A stretch of 32,000 nt of DNA from Blochmannia endosymbiont of Camponotus modoc. GTDB lineage: Bacteria > Pseudomonadota > Gammaproteobacteria > Enterobacterales > Enterobacteriaceae. Positions 12,206 to 23,985 of the stretch are shown here, piece after piece. Each line of letters begins with the position of its first letter. The stretch's first letter is position 1. The DNA is taken from the NCBI RefSeq assembly GCF_023585785.1, contig NZ_CP097765.1, forward strand, positions 758,675 through 790,674. Direction: 5' to 3'. The position numbers and the translations under genes are program-made. The notes beneath the pieces are model-generated. The model was not told where the DNA came from. It was given only the letters and a program-made list of their open reading frames with translations, and did no database searches.

Positions 12206-14965
12206 ATGATGATTTCTATTTATATAGAAGGGAAAAAGTATACGGTGGAAGATTCAAAAAATATACTGGAAACATGTTTGTCTCTTGGATTCGACATTCC
12301 TTATTTTTGTTGGCATCCTGCTTTAGGCAGTGTTGGAGCTTGCAGGCAATGCGCAGTGAAACAACAACATTTTGGTAACACAATAAAAGATACAAAAAGT
12401 CATTTGGTGATGTCTTGTATGACACCAGTATCAAATGGTAGTTCTATTATTATTTTTGATGATGAGGTAGAAGAATTTAGAAAGAATATATTGGAGTTGT
12501 TAATGATTAATCATCCTCATGATTGTCCGATATGCGAGGAAGGAGGTAATTGCCATCTTCAAGATATGACAGCAATGGTTGGACAAACATATCGTCGTTA
12601 TAGGTTTAATAAGCGTACACATTATAATCAATATTTGGGACCGTTTATTGGGCATGAAATGAATAGGTGTATTACTTGTTATCGCTGCATACGATATTAT
12701 AATGATTACGCCGGAGGTGATGATTTAGGGGTATTTGGGGTGCATGATAACATTTATTTTGGACGAGTACAAGATGGTATGTTACGAAGTGAGTTTTCTG
12801 GAAATTTAATAGAGATATGCCCTACTGGAGTGTTTACTGATAAAACACAGCCACAAAATTATACCCGTAAATGGGATATGATTTTTGCGCCGAGTATTTG
12901 TCAACAATGTAGCGTTGGGTGTAATATTATTATAGGTGAGCGTTACGGAAAGTTGTGTCGTGTTGAAAATCGCTATAATGGCAATATTAATGGTTATTTT
13001 TTGTGTGATCGTGGCCGATTTGGATGCGATTACGTTAATATTGATAATAGACCTAAAATTCCATCGAATAAGCAAGGCGATAATTGGGTTGTGTTGAATG
13101 AAAGACAAGCGATACAAGAGGCTGCTAATGGATTAAAATATAATTGTAATAGGATAATTGGTATTGGATCTTCTCGTGCCAGTATGGAAAGCAATTTTTC
13201 TTTATTAAAATTGGTAGGACCAGATAATTTTTATAATGGGATTAATAATCTTGAACAAGAGCGATTATTATTAATAGTTGAAATACTGTGTAATAGTGGT
13301 ATTCAAGTCCCGTCATTACATGAAGTGGAAAGTTATGATACAGTGTTAATATTAGGAGAGGATTTAACTCAAACTGGAGCACGAGTAGCACTGTCGATAC
13401 GTCAGGTAGTTAAAGGAAAAGCTCGTAAAGACGCAGGGGATCAAGGAATTTTTGATTGGCAATCTGCGGCTATTATAAATAGCGCTCAAGGTATTAAAAA
13501 TAATATATTGATAACTGGGGTTGACAAGACTAAATTAGACGATGTTGCTATATTAACATATTATGATTCAGTACAAAATCAAGCACGGTTTGGTTTTGCT
13601 GTTGCTCACGCTTTAGATCATACTGCTCCCGAGGTTAAAGATTTTGATTCTAAACTGAATGAGAAATTAGATATAGTTGTACAAAAATTAATGGAAGCGC
13701 GCAAGCCATTAATTATTTCAGGAAGTAATGCAGGTAGTAAAGAATTAATTGCTTCAGCAGCAAATATTGCTCGTGCTTTAAAAAATCGTGGGAGTGAAGT
13801 TGGAATTACTTTTATCGTAGGAGAAGTAAATAGCATAGGTTTAGTAATGTTAGGTAAAAAAAGTCTCGATGTTGCTCTTGTAGATATTTGTAGCACTAAC
13901 ACTTCATCCGTTGGTTTAATTGTCTTAGAAAGTGATTTGTATCGTCATGCACAGGCAAATCAAGTTGATGTTGCTTTAAATAAGGTTAATTATTTAATTG
14001 TATTAGATCATCAATATACTCTGATTCAAAAGAAGGCAAATTTAGTTTTACCAGTTTCTAGTTTTGTTGAAAGCGATGGGACTGTGATTAATTACGAAGG
14101 GCGTGCACAAAGGTTTTTTCGCGTATATAAGCCACAAAGTTATGAAAAAAATACAGTTATTTTAGAAAGTTGGAGATGGTTATATTTAATACATGATTGC
14201 TATATAAATTATATTAGAAAGAAAAATTTGAATATTGATCAGATTATAGATGCTATTATTCATTATTTTCCAAAATTAATTGGTATTAAACAGGCATCTC
14301 CGGACGCATCTTTTCGTATATATGGGCGAAAACTAGCTCGTGCACCGCATCGTTATAGTGGACGTACAGCGATGTATGCTAATGTTGATGTACACGAACC
14401 CTATATATCACAAGATGATGATACGATGTTTTCTTTTTCTATGGAAGGTAATCATGATGTTCAATCTTTTCATAAACAAGTGGCGTTTGCATGGGCTCCG
14501 GGATGGAATTCTCCACAAGCATGGAATAAATTTCAAGATAAAGTAGGTGGGAATTTGCATTTTGGTAATCCGGGAATACGTGTATTACACACTGACAATG
14601 GTTCAACATTGAATTGGTTTAATATGATTCCTCAATCCTTTAAAATTATGAAAAATGTTGATCGGTGGTTGATAGTACCTTATTGGCATTTATTTGGTAG
14701 TGAAGAAACTTCTCAGCGATCCAAGTGTATTCAAGATTGTATGCCAAATCCTTATGTAATGCTCAATCAATTAGATGCGTTGCAATTAAAAATACAAAAA
14801 AATATGTTGCTTAAATTTACATGTGTTGATCAAATTTTATGTTTACCGATTAAATTTAGTACTAATTTACCTATAGGCCATATTGGATTACCTTTAGGTT
14901 TTCCAGGTATTCCTTTATTTTTATCTGGTATGTATGCACAAGATGTTCAAGGGGTATTATTGTGA
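12206..14965 (+). CDS. nuoG: NADH-quinone oxidoreductase subunit G
   Basis: 919 aa; [40 protein letters not shown], and N7-type CQQCSVGC...x27...C. Confidence 0.96.
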   Translation: MMISIYIEGKKYTVEDSKNILETCLSLGFDIPYFCWHPALGSVGACRQCAVKQQHFGNTIKDTKSHLVMSCMTPVSNGSSIIIFDDEVEEFRKNILELLMINHPHDCPICEEGGNCHLQDMTAMVGQTYRRYRFNKRTHYNQYLGPFIGHEMNRCITCYRCIRYYNDYAGGDDLGVFGVHDNIYFGRVQDGMLRSEFSGNLIEICPTGVFTDKTQPQNYTRKWDMIFAPSICQQCSVGCNIIIGERYGKLCRVENRYNGNINGYFLCDRGRFGCDYVNIDNRPKIPSNKQGDNWVVLNERQAIQEAANGLKYNCNRIIGIGSSRASMESNFSLLKLVGPDNFYNGINNLEQERLLLIVEILCNSGIQVPSLHEVESYDTVLILGEDLTQTGARVALSIRQVVKGKARKDAGDQGIFDWQSAAIINSAQGIKNNILITGVDKTKLDDVAILTYYDSVQNQARFGFAVAHALDHTAPEVKDFDSKLNEKLDIVVQKLMEARKPLIISGSNAGSKELIASAANIARALKNRGSEVGITFIVGEVNSIGLVMLGKKSLDVALVDICSTNTSSVGLIVLESDLYRHAQANQVDVALNKVNYLIVLDHQYTLIQKKANLVLPVSSFVESDGTVINYEGRAQRFFRVYKPQSYEKNTVILESWRWLYLIHDCYINYIRKKNLNIDQIIDAIIHYFPKLIGIKQASPDASFRIYGRKLARAPHRYSGRTAMYANVDVHEPYISQDDDTMFSFSMEGNHDVQSFHKQVAFAWAPGWNSPQAWNKFQDKVGGNLHFGNPGIRVLHTDNGSTLNWFNMIPQSFKIMKNVDRWLIVPYWHLFGSEETSQRSKCIQDCMPNPYVMLNQLDALQLKIQKNMLLKFTCVDQILCLPIKFSTNLPIGHIGLPLGFPGIPLFLSGMYAQDVQGVLL

Positions 14966-15936
14966 TGTTTGGTTCGTCAGAAATTGTTACGAAACATTGT
15001 TTTTCCTCCATTTTTCATGCGGTAATTATTTTGTTAGTGGTATTTGCTTGTGGTGCATACATGAGTTTTTTAGAACGCAGGTTATTGGCGTTGTTTCAAA
15101 ATCGTTATGGTCCTAATAGAGTAGGTTGGCATGGTTCATTACAATTATGCGCTGATTTAATTAAGGTTATGTTCAAGGAGGATTGGATCCCTCCATTTTC
15201 TGATCGTATCGTATTTGTTTTAGCCCCAGTGATAGCTTTTATTTCATCATTAATGAGTGTATTGATTATTCCTTTTACGCCTACGTGGATAATATGGGAT
15301 TGCAATATTGGTGTATTATTCTTTCTTATGATGTCAGGGTTAATGGTTTATTCAGTGTTGCTTGCGGGTTGGGCAAGCAACAATAAATATGCTTTAATTG
15401 GAGCTGTGCGTGCTGCGGCTCAAACTCTTAGTTATGAGGTATTTTTAGGTTTATCTATAATGGGTGTAGTTGCCAAAGCTGGATCGTTTAATTTAAAAAA
15501 TATAGTTGAAGATCAATTATATCTGTGGAATGTAATTCCTCAATTTTTAGGATTTATTACTTTTTTTTTAGCGGGTATGGCTTTATGTCATAGACATCCA
15601 TTTGATCAACCAGAATCAGAACAAGAGTTGGCAGATGGTTATCATATTGAATATTCCGGTATTAAATTTAGTTTATTTTTTATTTCTGGATATATCAATA
15701 TGATTGTCATTGCGTCATTCATTGTAACACTGTTTTTTGGAGGGTGGAAAGGACCTTGGTTTCCTCCTGTAGTTTGGTTTATTACTAAAACTTTTTTATT
15801 GTTGATTCTGTTTATATTGATACGTGCGGCGTTACCACGTCCACGTTATGATCAAGTTATGTTGATAGGTTGGAAAATTTGTTTACCAATGACGTTGTTT
15901 AATTTATTAAGTACTGCTGTTGTTATTTTATTATAA
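14965..15936 (+). CDS. nuoH: NADH-quinone oxidoreductase subunit H
   Basis: Membrane protein; [63 protein letters not shown]. Track start 14962 is GTG; the following ATG at 14965 is equally plausible. Overlaps the nuoG stop. Confidence 0.96.
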   Translation: MFGSSEIVTKHCFSSIFHAVIILLVVFACGAYMSFLERRLLALFQNRYGPNRVGWHGSLQLCADLIKVMFKEDWIPPFSDRIVFVLAPVIAFISSLMSVLIIPFTPTWIIWDCNIGVLFFLMMSGLMVYSVLLAGWASNNKYALIGAVRAAAQTLSYEVFLGLSIMGVVAKAGSFNLKNIVEDQLYLWNVIPQFLGFITFFLAGMALCHRHPFDQPESEQELADGYHIEYSGIKFSLFFISGYINMIVIASFIVTLFFGGWKGPWFPPVVWFITKTFLLLILFILIRAALPRPRYDQVMLIGWKICLPMTLFNLLSTAVVILL

Positions 15937-15960
15937 TTATTAATATAGGTTACATATATT

Positions 15961-16506
15961 ATGATGAAGTTAAAAAAGTTTTTTATAGATATTGGTTCTA
16001 TATTACGTAGTATTTGGATGATAGGCATGCAAGCATTTAGTAAACGTGAAACTCGGATGTATCCCGACGTTCCGTATATTCCATCACCTAGATATCGTGG
16101 TCGTATCGTATTGACTCGAGACTCTTCGGGTCGAGAACGTTGTGTAGCTTGTAATTTATGCGCTGTAGCTTGTCCAGTAGGGTGTATTTCTTTGAAAAAA
16201 GGAGAATCTACAGATGGTCGGTGGTATCCAAAATTTTTTAGAATCAATTTTTCTAGATGTATTTTTTGTGGTATGTGTGAAGAGGCATGTCCAACAGCAG
16301 CTATTCAATTAACTCCAGATTTTGAAATGAGTGACTTTAAAAGACATGATTTAGTGTATGAAAAGTCTGATTTATTAATATCGGGTCCTGGAAAATATTT
16401 AGAGTATGATTTTTATCGATTTTCTGGTAAGGAAATATTAGATAAAAAAAAGGGGGACGCGATAAAAGAATCAAAGCCTATAAATGTTAAAAACATATTA
16501 CCTTAA
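15961..16506 (+). CDS. nuoI: NADH-quinone oxidoreductase subunit I (2x[4Fe-4S])
   Basis: 181 aa; [15 protein letters not shown] and [12 protein letters not shown]; C-terminus [10 protein letters not shown] resembles E. coli KPIDVKSLLP. Confidence 0.97.
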   Translation: MMKLKKFFIDIGSILRSIWMIGMQAFSKRETRMYPDVPYIPSPRYRGRIVLTRDSSGRERCVACNLCAVACPVGCISLKKGESTDGRWYPKFFRINFSRCIFCGMCEEACPTAAIQLTPDFEMSDFKRHDLVYEKSDLLISGPGKYLEYDFYRFSGKEILDKKKGDAIKESKPINVKNILP

Positions 16507-16539
16507 TTTTAAAGTGATGGTTAATGAGAGGAGTGTGGC

Positions 16540-17070
16540 ATGATGGCTCTATTTTATATTTCTGGAATTATAGCAATATTGTCTACGATATGTGTAATAC
16601 TGCATTATAATCCAATGCGTGCTTTATTATACTTAATAGTTTCATTTTTATCTATATCATGCAATTTTTTTTCTGTAGGAGCATCTTTTGCTGCTGCCTT
16701 GGAAATTATTGTTTATGCCGGAGCTATCATGATTTTATTCGTATTTGCGATAATGATGCTTAATACAAAAAATATTATATTTGGTATACAAAAAGAAAGT
16801 AGATTTTTAAACCCCATATTATGTTGTGGTTCTGCGTTGTTGGTAGGTATTTTGTTTGCGATTTTACTGTACATATCCTTTGGGTTAAAAGATGATTTTA
16901 TAAATGTAAACAACTCAATAATAGATTCAAAACAAGTTAGTGTTGTATTATTTGGTCCATATATATTAATGGTAGAGCTAGCGTCATTTTTATTATTAGG
17001 TGCGTTGATTTCTGTGTTTCATTTGTCTCAAAATCATACATTATCTGATGATTGCATTGATTCTACTTAA
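16540..17070 (+). CDS. nuoJ: NADH-quinone oxidoreductase subunit J
   Basis: 176 aa; NPMRALLYLIVSFL, EIIVYAGAIMILFVFAIMML. Confidence 0.95.
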   Translation: MMALFYISGIIAILSTICVILHYNPMRALLYLIVSFLSISCNFFSVGASFAAALEIIVYAGAIMILFVFAIMMLNTKNIIFGIQKESRFLNPILCCGSALLVGILFAILLYISFGLKDDFINVNNSIIDSKQVSVVLFGPYILMVELASFLLLGALISVFHLSQNHTLSDDCIDST

Positions 17071-17087
17071 TTAAAAAAATATAAAAT

Positions 17088-17390
17088 ATGATTCCTTTAT
17101 CGCATGCTTTTAGTTTATCTATAATTTTATTTATATTAGGTTTAATAGCTATAATAATAAGACGTGATTTGTTGTTTATATTATTAGGTTTAGAAATTAT
17201 GATTAACGCTGCTGCTTCAGCATTTGTGATAGTAGGATCTTGTTTGGGGCAATCAGATGGTCAGGTTATGTATATTTTAGTAATTACTTTATCTGCTTCT
17301 GAATCTGCAGTTTCTTTAGCATTATTACTTCAATTATATCGTCGTTATCATACATTGCACATTGATAATATTAGTGAGATGCGTGGATGA
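17088..17390 (+). CDS. nuoK: NADH-quinone oxidoreductase subunit K
   Basis: 100 aa; [58 protein letters not shown] end; stop overlaps the nuoL ATG (ATGA). Confidence 0.97.
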   Translation: MIPLSHAFSLSIILFILGLIAIIIRRDLLFILLGLEIMINAAASAFVIVGSCLGQSDGQVMYILVITLSASESAVSLALLLQLYRRYHTLHIDNISEMRG

Positions 17391-19273
17391 ATTTACTTTT
17401 TTTAACTATACTTTTCCCATTATTAGGATTTATTACGTTAGCTATTTCTCAAGGAAAATGGTCAGAAAAGACTTCTTCTATAATAGGAGTAGGTACGGTA
17501 GGTATATCAGTATTGGTTGCTATATACATCATATTTAATTTTTATTGCAATTCCAGTAATGACATTAATTTTGTGTTTGTACAGGAACTTTGGACCTGGT
17601 TTACTATTGATACCTTATGTATTACTGTAGCACTTAGATTAGATGGGTTGTCCTTAATCATGTTATCAGTAATTATTGGTGTTGGATTTATCATTCATTT
17701 ATATGCCGCTTGGTATATGAGTGGATGTGAAGGATATTCTCGTTTTTTTGCTTACACTAATTTATTTATGGCAAATATGGTGCTTTTGGTGCTTTCAGAT
17801 AATTTGTTATTGATGTACTTTGGATGGGAAGGCGTAGGACTGTGTAGTTATTTATTAATCGGATTTTACTATTCTGATTCTAGGAATGGAATAGCAGCTT
17901 TAAAAGCATTTATTATTACTCGTGTTGGAGACATATGTTTGGTATGTGCGTTATTCATGATTTATGATCAATATCATACCTTGAGTTTTAGTAAATTACT
18001 AACGTTGGAACTAAAATGTTCATCGTGTCATATTTTTAATGATATCACATGGGTATCTTTTATGTTACTTATTGGGGCAATAGGCAAATCAGCTCAGTTA
18101 CCCTTACAAAATTGGTTAACTAGCGCTATGGCTGGTCCAACTCCAGTGTCGGCATTGATTCACGCAGCTACTATGGTCACTTCTGGTGTGTATTTAATAA
18201 TTCGTATGAATAAATTTTTTTTAATGACTCCAAATATTTTATACTTGACTGGTGTTATTGGTTCATTAACTGTGATTTTATTTAGTTGTTCCGCGTTATT
18301 TCAGAGCAATATTAAAAAGATTTTAGCATATTCTACTATAAGTCAAATAGGATACATGTTTTTAGCGCTCGGAGGTCGACATTGGGATGCAGCTATGTTT
18401 CATTTAGTAACACATTCTTTTTTTAAAGCGTTGTTGTTTTTATCTGCGGGTTCATTAATTTACGCTTGCAGATATGAACAAAATATTTTTAAGATGGGAG
18501 GGTTATATAAATTTATACCTTTAATTTATGTTTGTTTTTTAATAGGCGGAGCATCTTTATCTGGAGTACCTATAATTACTGCTGGAGTTTATTCAAAAGA
18601 AATGATCATGTTAAAAACATTAGCTAATCATGATTATTTTTTCTTGTTATCTGGATTAATAGGAATGTTTTTAACACCTATTTATACGTTTCGAATGATT
18701 TTTGTTGTGTTTCATGGTGAAAAAAAAATAGAGCCATGTGTATGTAATAAAATCACTCAAAATTTACCATTAATCTTATTGTTATTGTTATCGACGTTTA
18801 TTGGTGGATGGATAAAATTACCTTTGTTAACAGATACTATAATTACTAACGTTGGTGAAGTGTATAATTATAGTCAAATATATTTTGAAATAATATCGGG
18901 GCTTTTAGTAATGTTTGGTATTTGGTTGGCATCAATTTTTTGGATGGATTTTTTGCGTGGGATTACAAGACCGGTTATTAGACCTCGTGCAACAGAAGTA
19001 GTAGAACGATACATAGTATTGTTATGTTATTATGGATGGGGATTTGATTGGTTTTACAAATTGATATTTATAAAGCCATATTTATTTATAACAAAAAAAT
19101 TGTCTTATTCTGATCCAGTTGATGTAATAGTGAATGTTATCGTATCGTTATTATGTTGGATTAAGAATGGTTTGATATGTAGTGAAAATGGTAAACTCAG
19201 TTGGTACATAGTATCAATGAACATAGGGGCAATTATGATATTAATCATGATATTAATTTATGATCGTCTGTAA
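17387..19273 (+). CDS. nuoL: NADH-quinone oxidoreductase subunit L (antiporter-like)
   Basis: 628 aa; [72 protein letters not shown]. Confidence 0.97.
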   Translation: MNLLFLTILFPLLGFITLAISQGKWSEKTSSIIGVGTVGISVLVAIYIIFNFYCNSSNDINFVFVQELWTWFTIDTLCITVALRLDGLSLIMLSVIIGVGFIIHLYAAWYMSGCEGYSRFFAYTNLFMANMVLLVLSDNLLLMYFGWEGVGLCSYLLIGFYYSDSRNGIAALKAFIITRVGDICLVCALFMIYDQYHTLSFSKLLTLELKCSSCHIFNDITWVSFMLLIGAIGKSAQLPLQNWLTSAMAGPTPVSALIHAATMVTSGVYLIIRMNKFFLMTPNILYLTGVIGSLTVILFSCSALFQSNIKKILAYSTISQIGYMFLALGGRHWDAAMFHLVTHSFFKALLFLSAGSLIYACRYEQNIFKMGGLYKFIPLIYVCFLIGGASLSGVPIITAGVYSKEMIMLKTLANHDYFFLLSGLIGMFLTPIYTFRMIFVVFHGEKKIEPCVCNKITQNLPLILLLLLSTFIGGWIKLPLLTDTIITNVGEVYNYSQIYFEIISGLLVMFGIWLASIFWMDFLRGITRPVIRPRATEVVERYIVLLCYYGWGFDWFYKLIFIKPYLFITKKLSYSDPVDVIVNVIVSLLCWIKNGLICSENGKLSWYIVSMNIGAIMILIMILIYDRL

Positions 19274-19355
19274 ATCAGTATAGTATTCTTGATTTATAAT
19301 ATGAGGAAATACAAATATTTAATGTATATGTTTTAGAGAGAAAAACAAAAACAAT

Positions 19356-20897
19356 ATGTTATTAATTATCTTAATATTTATTCCTTTTGTTTTTGGACTG
19401 TTATGTTGGCAATCAGAACGTATTGGATATTGGGTACCGCGTTGGGTTGCTTTATCTGGGATGAGCATAACATTCATTACTACTGTTTTTTTATGGCAGT
19501 ATGAGTGCCATAATCTATTAAATGTGCATCCAACAGAACATGTGTTTCCTAAATGGCAATTAGAATACATATATCCTTGGATCCCAAGATTTGGAATTAG
19601 CGTGCATTTAGCGTTAGATGGATTTTCTTTGTTGATGGTAACATTAACTGGATTTTTAGGATGCATGGCAGTGTTATGTTCTTGGTGTGAGATTCAGCGT
19701 TATCACGGTCTTTTTTATCTTAATTTATTGTGGATTTTAGGTGGAGTTATTGGTGTTTTTTTATCAATTGATATGCTTTTGTTCTTTTTTTTCTGGGAAA
19801 TAATGCTTATTCCAATGTATTTTTTGATATCTTTATGGGGACACAAAGAGGTTAATAGAAGCGGTCGTATTAATACTGCTATTAAATTTTTTGTTTATAC
19901 TCAATTTAGCGGATTATTTATGTTAATTTCTATTATTACTCTTGTTTCTATATATCATGATATACATGGTGTGTGGTCGTTTAATTATCAAGATTTATTG
20001 AATATGTTGCTGCCAGTGAATACGGAATATTTAATTATGTTGGGGTTTTTTTTTGCTTTTGCAGTAAAAATGCCAATCGTTCCTTTTCATGTTTGGTTGC
20101 CTGATGTTCATAGCCAAGCTCCTACTGCTGGGTCAGTAGATTTAGCAGGAATTTTATTAAAAACAGCGGCTTATGGATTTTTCCGATTTGTTTTACCGTT
20201 ATTTCCTTGTGCTTCAAAAGCTTTTGCCCCAATTGCTATGTGTTTGGGTCTGGTAAATATTTTTTATGGAGCTTTTATGGCATTCGCACAAACTGATGTT
20301 AAACGTTTAATTGCGTATACTAGTATATCTCATATGGGATTTGTATTGATCGCAATTTATAGTGGTACTCACTTATCATATCAGGGTGCTGTGATACAAA
20401 TGATTTCTCATAGTTTATCTGTTTCTGGAATGTTTATAATTTGTGGTCAATTATACGAGCGAACACGTACTCGAGATATGCGTTTGATGGGAGGGTTATG
20501 GAGTCGCATGCATTTAATTCCTGCTTTTTCTTTATGTTTCGCAGTAGCAACACTTGGATTACCCGGTACTGGAAATTTTATAGGAGAAGTAACGATTTTG
20601 TTTGGTAATTTTCAATCAGCACCTATAATTACAATAATAGCTTGTTTTGGGATAATATTATCATCAATTTATTCTCTTATTTTAATGCAACGTATATATT
20701 ATGGTCCAATATTGGTTCCCAGAGTTACTAAAAGCAGGTTATTAAGAAATATGACACTACGGGAAAAGAATATTATTATAACGTTGTTATTATGTATTTT
20801 TTTAATTGGTTTTTTTCCGCAATATATTTTGAATGTTTCATATACGACAATGCACAATCTTTGTATTTTGTTAAAAGAATATAACTGTTCAATGTGA
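19356..20897 (+). CDS. nuoM: NADH-quinone oxidoreductase subunit M (antiporter-like)
   Basis: 513 aa; FWEIMLIPMYFLI, VKMPIVPFHVWLPDVHSQAPTAGSVDLAGILLKTAAYG, LIAYTSISHMGFVL. Confidence 0.97.
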   Translation: MLLIILIFIPFVFGLLCWQSERIGYWVPRWVALSGMSITFITTVFLWQYECHNLLNVHPTEHVFPKWQLEYIYPWIPRFGISVHLALDGFSLLMVTLTGFLGCMAVLCSWCEIQRYHGLFYLNLLWILGGVIGVFLSIDMLLFFFFWEIMLIPMYFLISLWGHKEVNRSGRINTAIKFFVYTQFSGLFMLISIITLVSIYHDIHGVWSFNYQDLLNMLLPVNTEYLIMLGFFFAFAVKMPIVPFHVWLPDVHSQAPTAGSVDLAGILLKTAAYGFFRFVLPLFPCASKAFAPIAMCLGLVNIFYGAFMAFAQTDVKRLIAYTSISHMGFVLIAIYSGTHLSYQGAVIQMISHSLSVSGMFIICGQLYERTRTRDMRLMGGLWSRMHLIPAFSLCFAVATLGLPGTGNFIGEVTILFGNFQSAPIITIIACFGIILSSIYSLILMQRIYYGPILVPRVTKSRLLRNMTLREKNIIITLLLCIFLIGFFPQYILNVSYTTMHNLCILLKEYNCSM

Positions 20898-20931
20898 TTA
20901 CATTATAACGATAATAGGATCTTAATTTATT

Positions 20932-22422
20932 ATGCTAATAACTTGGACACAAATAATTCTATTGCTGCCTGTATTAATTATTGGAATGACAACAGTCATT
21001 ATTATGTTATCTATTGCATATCGTCGTAATTTATTTTTACATACCTCATTAACAATATTCGGATTTAGTTTAGCAATTATATCGATTGGATTGGTATGGG
21101 ATCAAAGAGCTCAAAACGTTTTTCAATTAATGTGTGTTGATGATTTTTCTATATTATACATAATATTGGTATTAGTTTCTGGTTTATCAAGCTCCGTATT
21201 GGCTTATAAATGGTTGTTAATTTATCCGAGTAATAATCGTGATGAGTTTTATTTATTATTACTTATTTCTAGTATTGGTGGTATTTTATTGGCAACTGCG
21301 AATCATTTAGTAATATTATTTTTAGGAATGGAACTGATTTCATTGCCGTTATTTGGGTTGATAGGTTATTCTTTTTTTAAAAAATTTTCTTTAGAAGCAA
21401 GTATTAAATATATTATATTATCTGGAGTATCTTCATCATTTATATTATTTGGTATAGCATTGATATATGCTGCAACTGGTTTTTTGTCTTTTACTAGTAT
21501 TAATCAATTGTTACGTTTACATATTATTGCGTCGAATCAATCTATACTTATGTCAACCATAGGACTAGGTATGATGATGGTTGGGTTCGGATTTAAATTG
21601 TCATTAGTTCCTTTTCATTTATGGACTCCTGATGTATATCAAGGAGCGCCATCTTCAATATCATTGTATCTGACAACTAGCAGTAAAATAGCTGTAATAT
21701 CTGTATTAATACGATTATTGATGGTGTTTCCTAATCAGTATAATAAGGTATTTTGTGTATTTTTATCAGGTATTGCATGTTGTTCAGCGTTATTTGGTAA
21801 TTTAATGGCTATTAAACAAGATAATATTAAGCGGGTTTTAGCTTATTCTTCAATTGCACATACAGGTTATGTTTTGATTGGTGTAATTGCGATACTACAG
21901 GTCAACCCCATTGCTTTGGAAACTATTGGTATTTATCTTACAAGTTACGTGCTGACTAGTATTGGCGCATTTGGTATTATCAGTATAATGTCGTTTTTTT
22001 ATGCCAATGAGGACACAGACGTAGATTCTTTATTTGTATATCGTGGTCTTTTTTGGCATCAGCCAATGTTATCGGTATTATTTACGATTATTATATTGTC
22101 TCTAGCAGGTATACCTATGACATTAGGTTTCATTGGGAAATTTTATTTGTTTTTTTTGGGAATAGACAGTAAATTATGGTGGCTTACTATTTTTATATCA
22201 ATGAGTAGTGTTATTAGTATATTTTATTATTTAAGAGTTATAATAAATTTATATCTTAGTCCTACAAATCGTTTAAATATCAACTCTGATTCTTTATCTA
22301 GTTGGAGTGTTACTCCTGATGGGATAATAGTGATTATAGTATCTTTTTCTATATTATTTTTAGGATTATACCCAAAGCCTTTGATTTATTTTGTGCATTT
22401 AATATACCCACCGGTAGTTTAA
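20932..22422 (+). CDS. nuoN: NADH-quinone oxidoreductase subunit N (antiporter-like)
   Basis: 496 aa; [65 protein letters not shown]. Confidence 0.96.
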   Translation: MLITWTQIILLLPVLIIGMTTVIIMLSIAYRRNLFLHTSLTIFGFSLAIISIGLVWDQRAQNVFQLMCVDDFSILYIILVLVSGLSSSVLAYKWLLIYPSNNRDEFYLLLLISSIGGILLATANHLVILFLGMELISLPLFGLIGYSFFKKFSLEASIKYIILSGVSSSFILFGIALIYAATGFLSFTSINQLLRLHIIASNQSILMSTIGLGMMMVGFGFKLSLVPFHLWTPDVYQGAPSSISLYLTTSSKIAVISVLIRLLMVFPNQYNKVFCVFLSGIACCSALFGNLMAIKQDNIKRVLAYSSIAHTGYVLIGVIAILQVNPIALETIGIYLTSYVLTSIGAFGIISIMSFFYANEDTDVDSLFVYRGLFWHQPMLSVLFTIIILSLAGIPMTLGFIGKFYLFFLGIDSKLWWLTIFISMSSVISIFYYLRVIINLYLSPTNRLNINSDSLSSWSVTPDGIIVIIVSFSILFLGLYPKPLIYFVHLIYPPVV

Positions 22423-22526
22423 TTGCAATCCAAATGTAATTGGACGATTTTGATTTATATTTTAAATTATTTAACGAATGATTTTATGAGTTTATGAATT
22501 TATAATAATGTCGTTTAAGACACATA

Positions 22527-22826
22527 TTACAGTAGTTTTAATATAATATGTTCTATAGGAACGCAGCAGCATATTAAAATTTCATTAGAACGAATAGAAC
22601 CTAAAGGTTCTGTGTAATATTGTACTTTTCCTCTTATTAATAAGGCACGGCAACTTCCACAGTAACCCGATCGACATTGATAATTTAATGATGGTATATG
22701 ATGCATTTCCAATGCTTCTAATAAGGAACGATATGTTCTGTTATTATGCACAAATTGTATATTTAAATATTTTTTTTGAAGAAAAAATATTTTACAATTG
22801 AAAATCATGAAATTCATTTTCGTCAA
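22527..22826 (-). CDS. yfaE: YfaE-like [2Fe-2S] ferredoxin (class Ia RNR diferric-tyrosyl cofactor maintenance)
   Basis: 99 aa; [50 protein letters not shown] matches the E. coli YfaE pattern; directly downstream of and overlapping the nrdB 3' end. Confidence 0.93.
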   Translation of the reverse strand: MTKMNFMIFNCKIFFLQKKYLNIQFVHNNRTYRSLLEALEMHHIPSLNYQCRSGYCGSCRALLIRGKVQYYTEPLGSIRSNEILICCCVPIEHIILKLL

Positions 22827-23922
22827 TATTAGGATCTATTTGACCTACTAGATAAGAACTGGCTTCTACTTCTTGTGGTGCCACTTGAACATTATCTGAT
22901 GACAACCAAGAATTAATCCAGGGTATCACATTAGATTTGGTGTTAAAGGGTGTTCCTAGCCCGATTGCTTGCATACGTATATTGGTAATATATTCAATGT
23001 ATTGACAAAGTATATCTTTATTTAAACCTATCATAGAGCCATCTTTAAATAAATAGTTAGCCCAATTTTTTTCTTGTTCTGCAGCCATTAAAAATAGCGC
23101 ATAACTTTCTTTTTGGCATTCTGTACTGATATCGGCCATTTCTGGATCATCTGACCCAGAGCGCATTAAGTTTAAAATATGTTGAGTAGCGTTTAAATGC
23201 AAAGCTTCGTCACGTGCTATAAGTCGTATAATTTTTGCATTACCTTCCATGAGTTTTCGTTCAGCAAATGCAAAAGAACAGGCGAAGCTGACATAAAAAC
23301 GAATAGCTTCTAGCACGTTAACGCTAATTAAACATAAATATAATTTCTTTTTAAGTTCATGTAAGTTTACTGCGACAGTGTTATTATTGATTCGATGAAT
23401 ACCGGGGCCTAAGATATGATAATAACTGGTTAATTCAATTAAATTATCATAGTATGTCGAAATATCTTTAGCACGTTTTAGAATTTCTTTGTTGCTGATA
23501 ATATCATCAAATATCAAAGATGGATGATTAACAATATTACGAATAATATGGGTGTAGGAACGGGAGTGGATGGTTTCGAAAAATGACCAAGTTTCTACCC
23601 AAATTTCCAGTTCTGGTATAGAAATTAATGGTAGTAATGCAATATTAGGACTGCGTCCTTGAATAGAATCCAATAAAGTTTGGTATTTTAAATTGCTAAT
23701 AAAAATGTGTTTTTCATGATCTGGTAATGATTGAAAATCTATACGATCTTTAGAAATATCTATTTCTTCTGGACGCCAAAAGAACGAAAGTTGTTTTTCA
23801 ATTAATTTTTCAAAAATGGAATGTTTTTGTTGATCAAATCGAGCGATATTTACTGGTTGTCCTAAAAACATTGGTTCGAGCAGTTGATTATTTTTATTTT
23901 GAGAAAAAGTTGTATAAATCAT
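22792..23922 (-). CDS. nrdB: ribonucleoside-diphosphate reductase 1 subunit beta (class Ia)
   Basis: 376 aa; [19 protein letters not shown] (radical Tyr), [50 protein letters not shown]. Confidence 0.98.
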   Translation of the reverse strand: MIYTTFSQNKNNQLLEPMFLGQPVNIARFDQQKHSIFEKLIEKQLSFFWRPEEIDISKDRIDFQSLPDHEKHIFISNLKYQTLLDSIQGRSPNIALLPLISIPELEIWVETWSFFETIHSRSYTHIIRNIVNHPSLIFDDIISNKEILKRAKDISTYYDNLIELTSYYHILGPGIHRINNNTVAVNLHELKKKLYLCLISVNVLEAIRFYVSFACSFAFAERKLMEGNAKIIRLIARDEALHLNATQHILNLMRSGSDDPEMADISTECQKESYALFLMAAEQEKNWANYLFKDGSMIGLNKDILCQYIEYITNIRMQAIGLGTPFNTKSNVIPWINSWLSSDNVQVAPQEVEASSYLVGQIDPNIDENEFHDFQL

Positions 23923-23985
23923 TGTTATTCCTTTTTTAAAAGTAAATATAAATATGTGGGGTTTTAGTAAATAGTAGTTGCTTTT

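Noticed and set aside
12806-13902. Antisense ORFs within nuoG (103 and 94 aa)
   Set aside because: Fully contained in the intact nuoG CDS with no homologous character.
14340-15305. Small alternative-frame ORFs at 14340..14546, 14934..15116 and 15105..15305
   Set aside because: Overlap nuoG/nuoH coding sequence in other frames; composition is a by-product of AT-rich coding.
15852-16247. 131-aa minus-strand ORF over nuoI
   Set aside because: Antisense to conserved [4Fe-4S] region of nuoI; no plausible family.
19319-19666. 115-aa minus-strand ORF over the nuoM start
   Set aside because: Covers the nuoM 5' end antisense, no recognisable domain.
22446-22461. tccaa-ttgga mini-stem after nuoN as a terminator for the convergent nuoN/yfaE pair
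   Set aside because: Only 5 bp and no clean T-tract; too weak to call.
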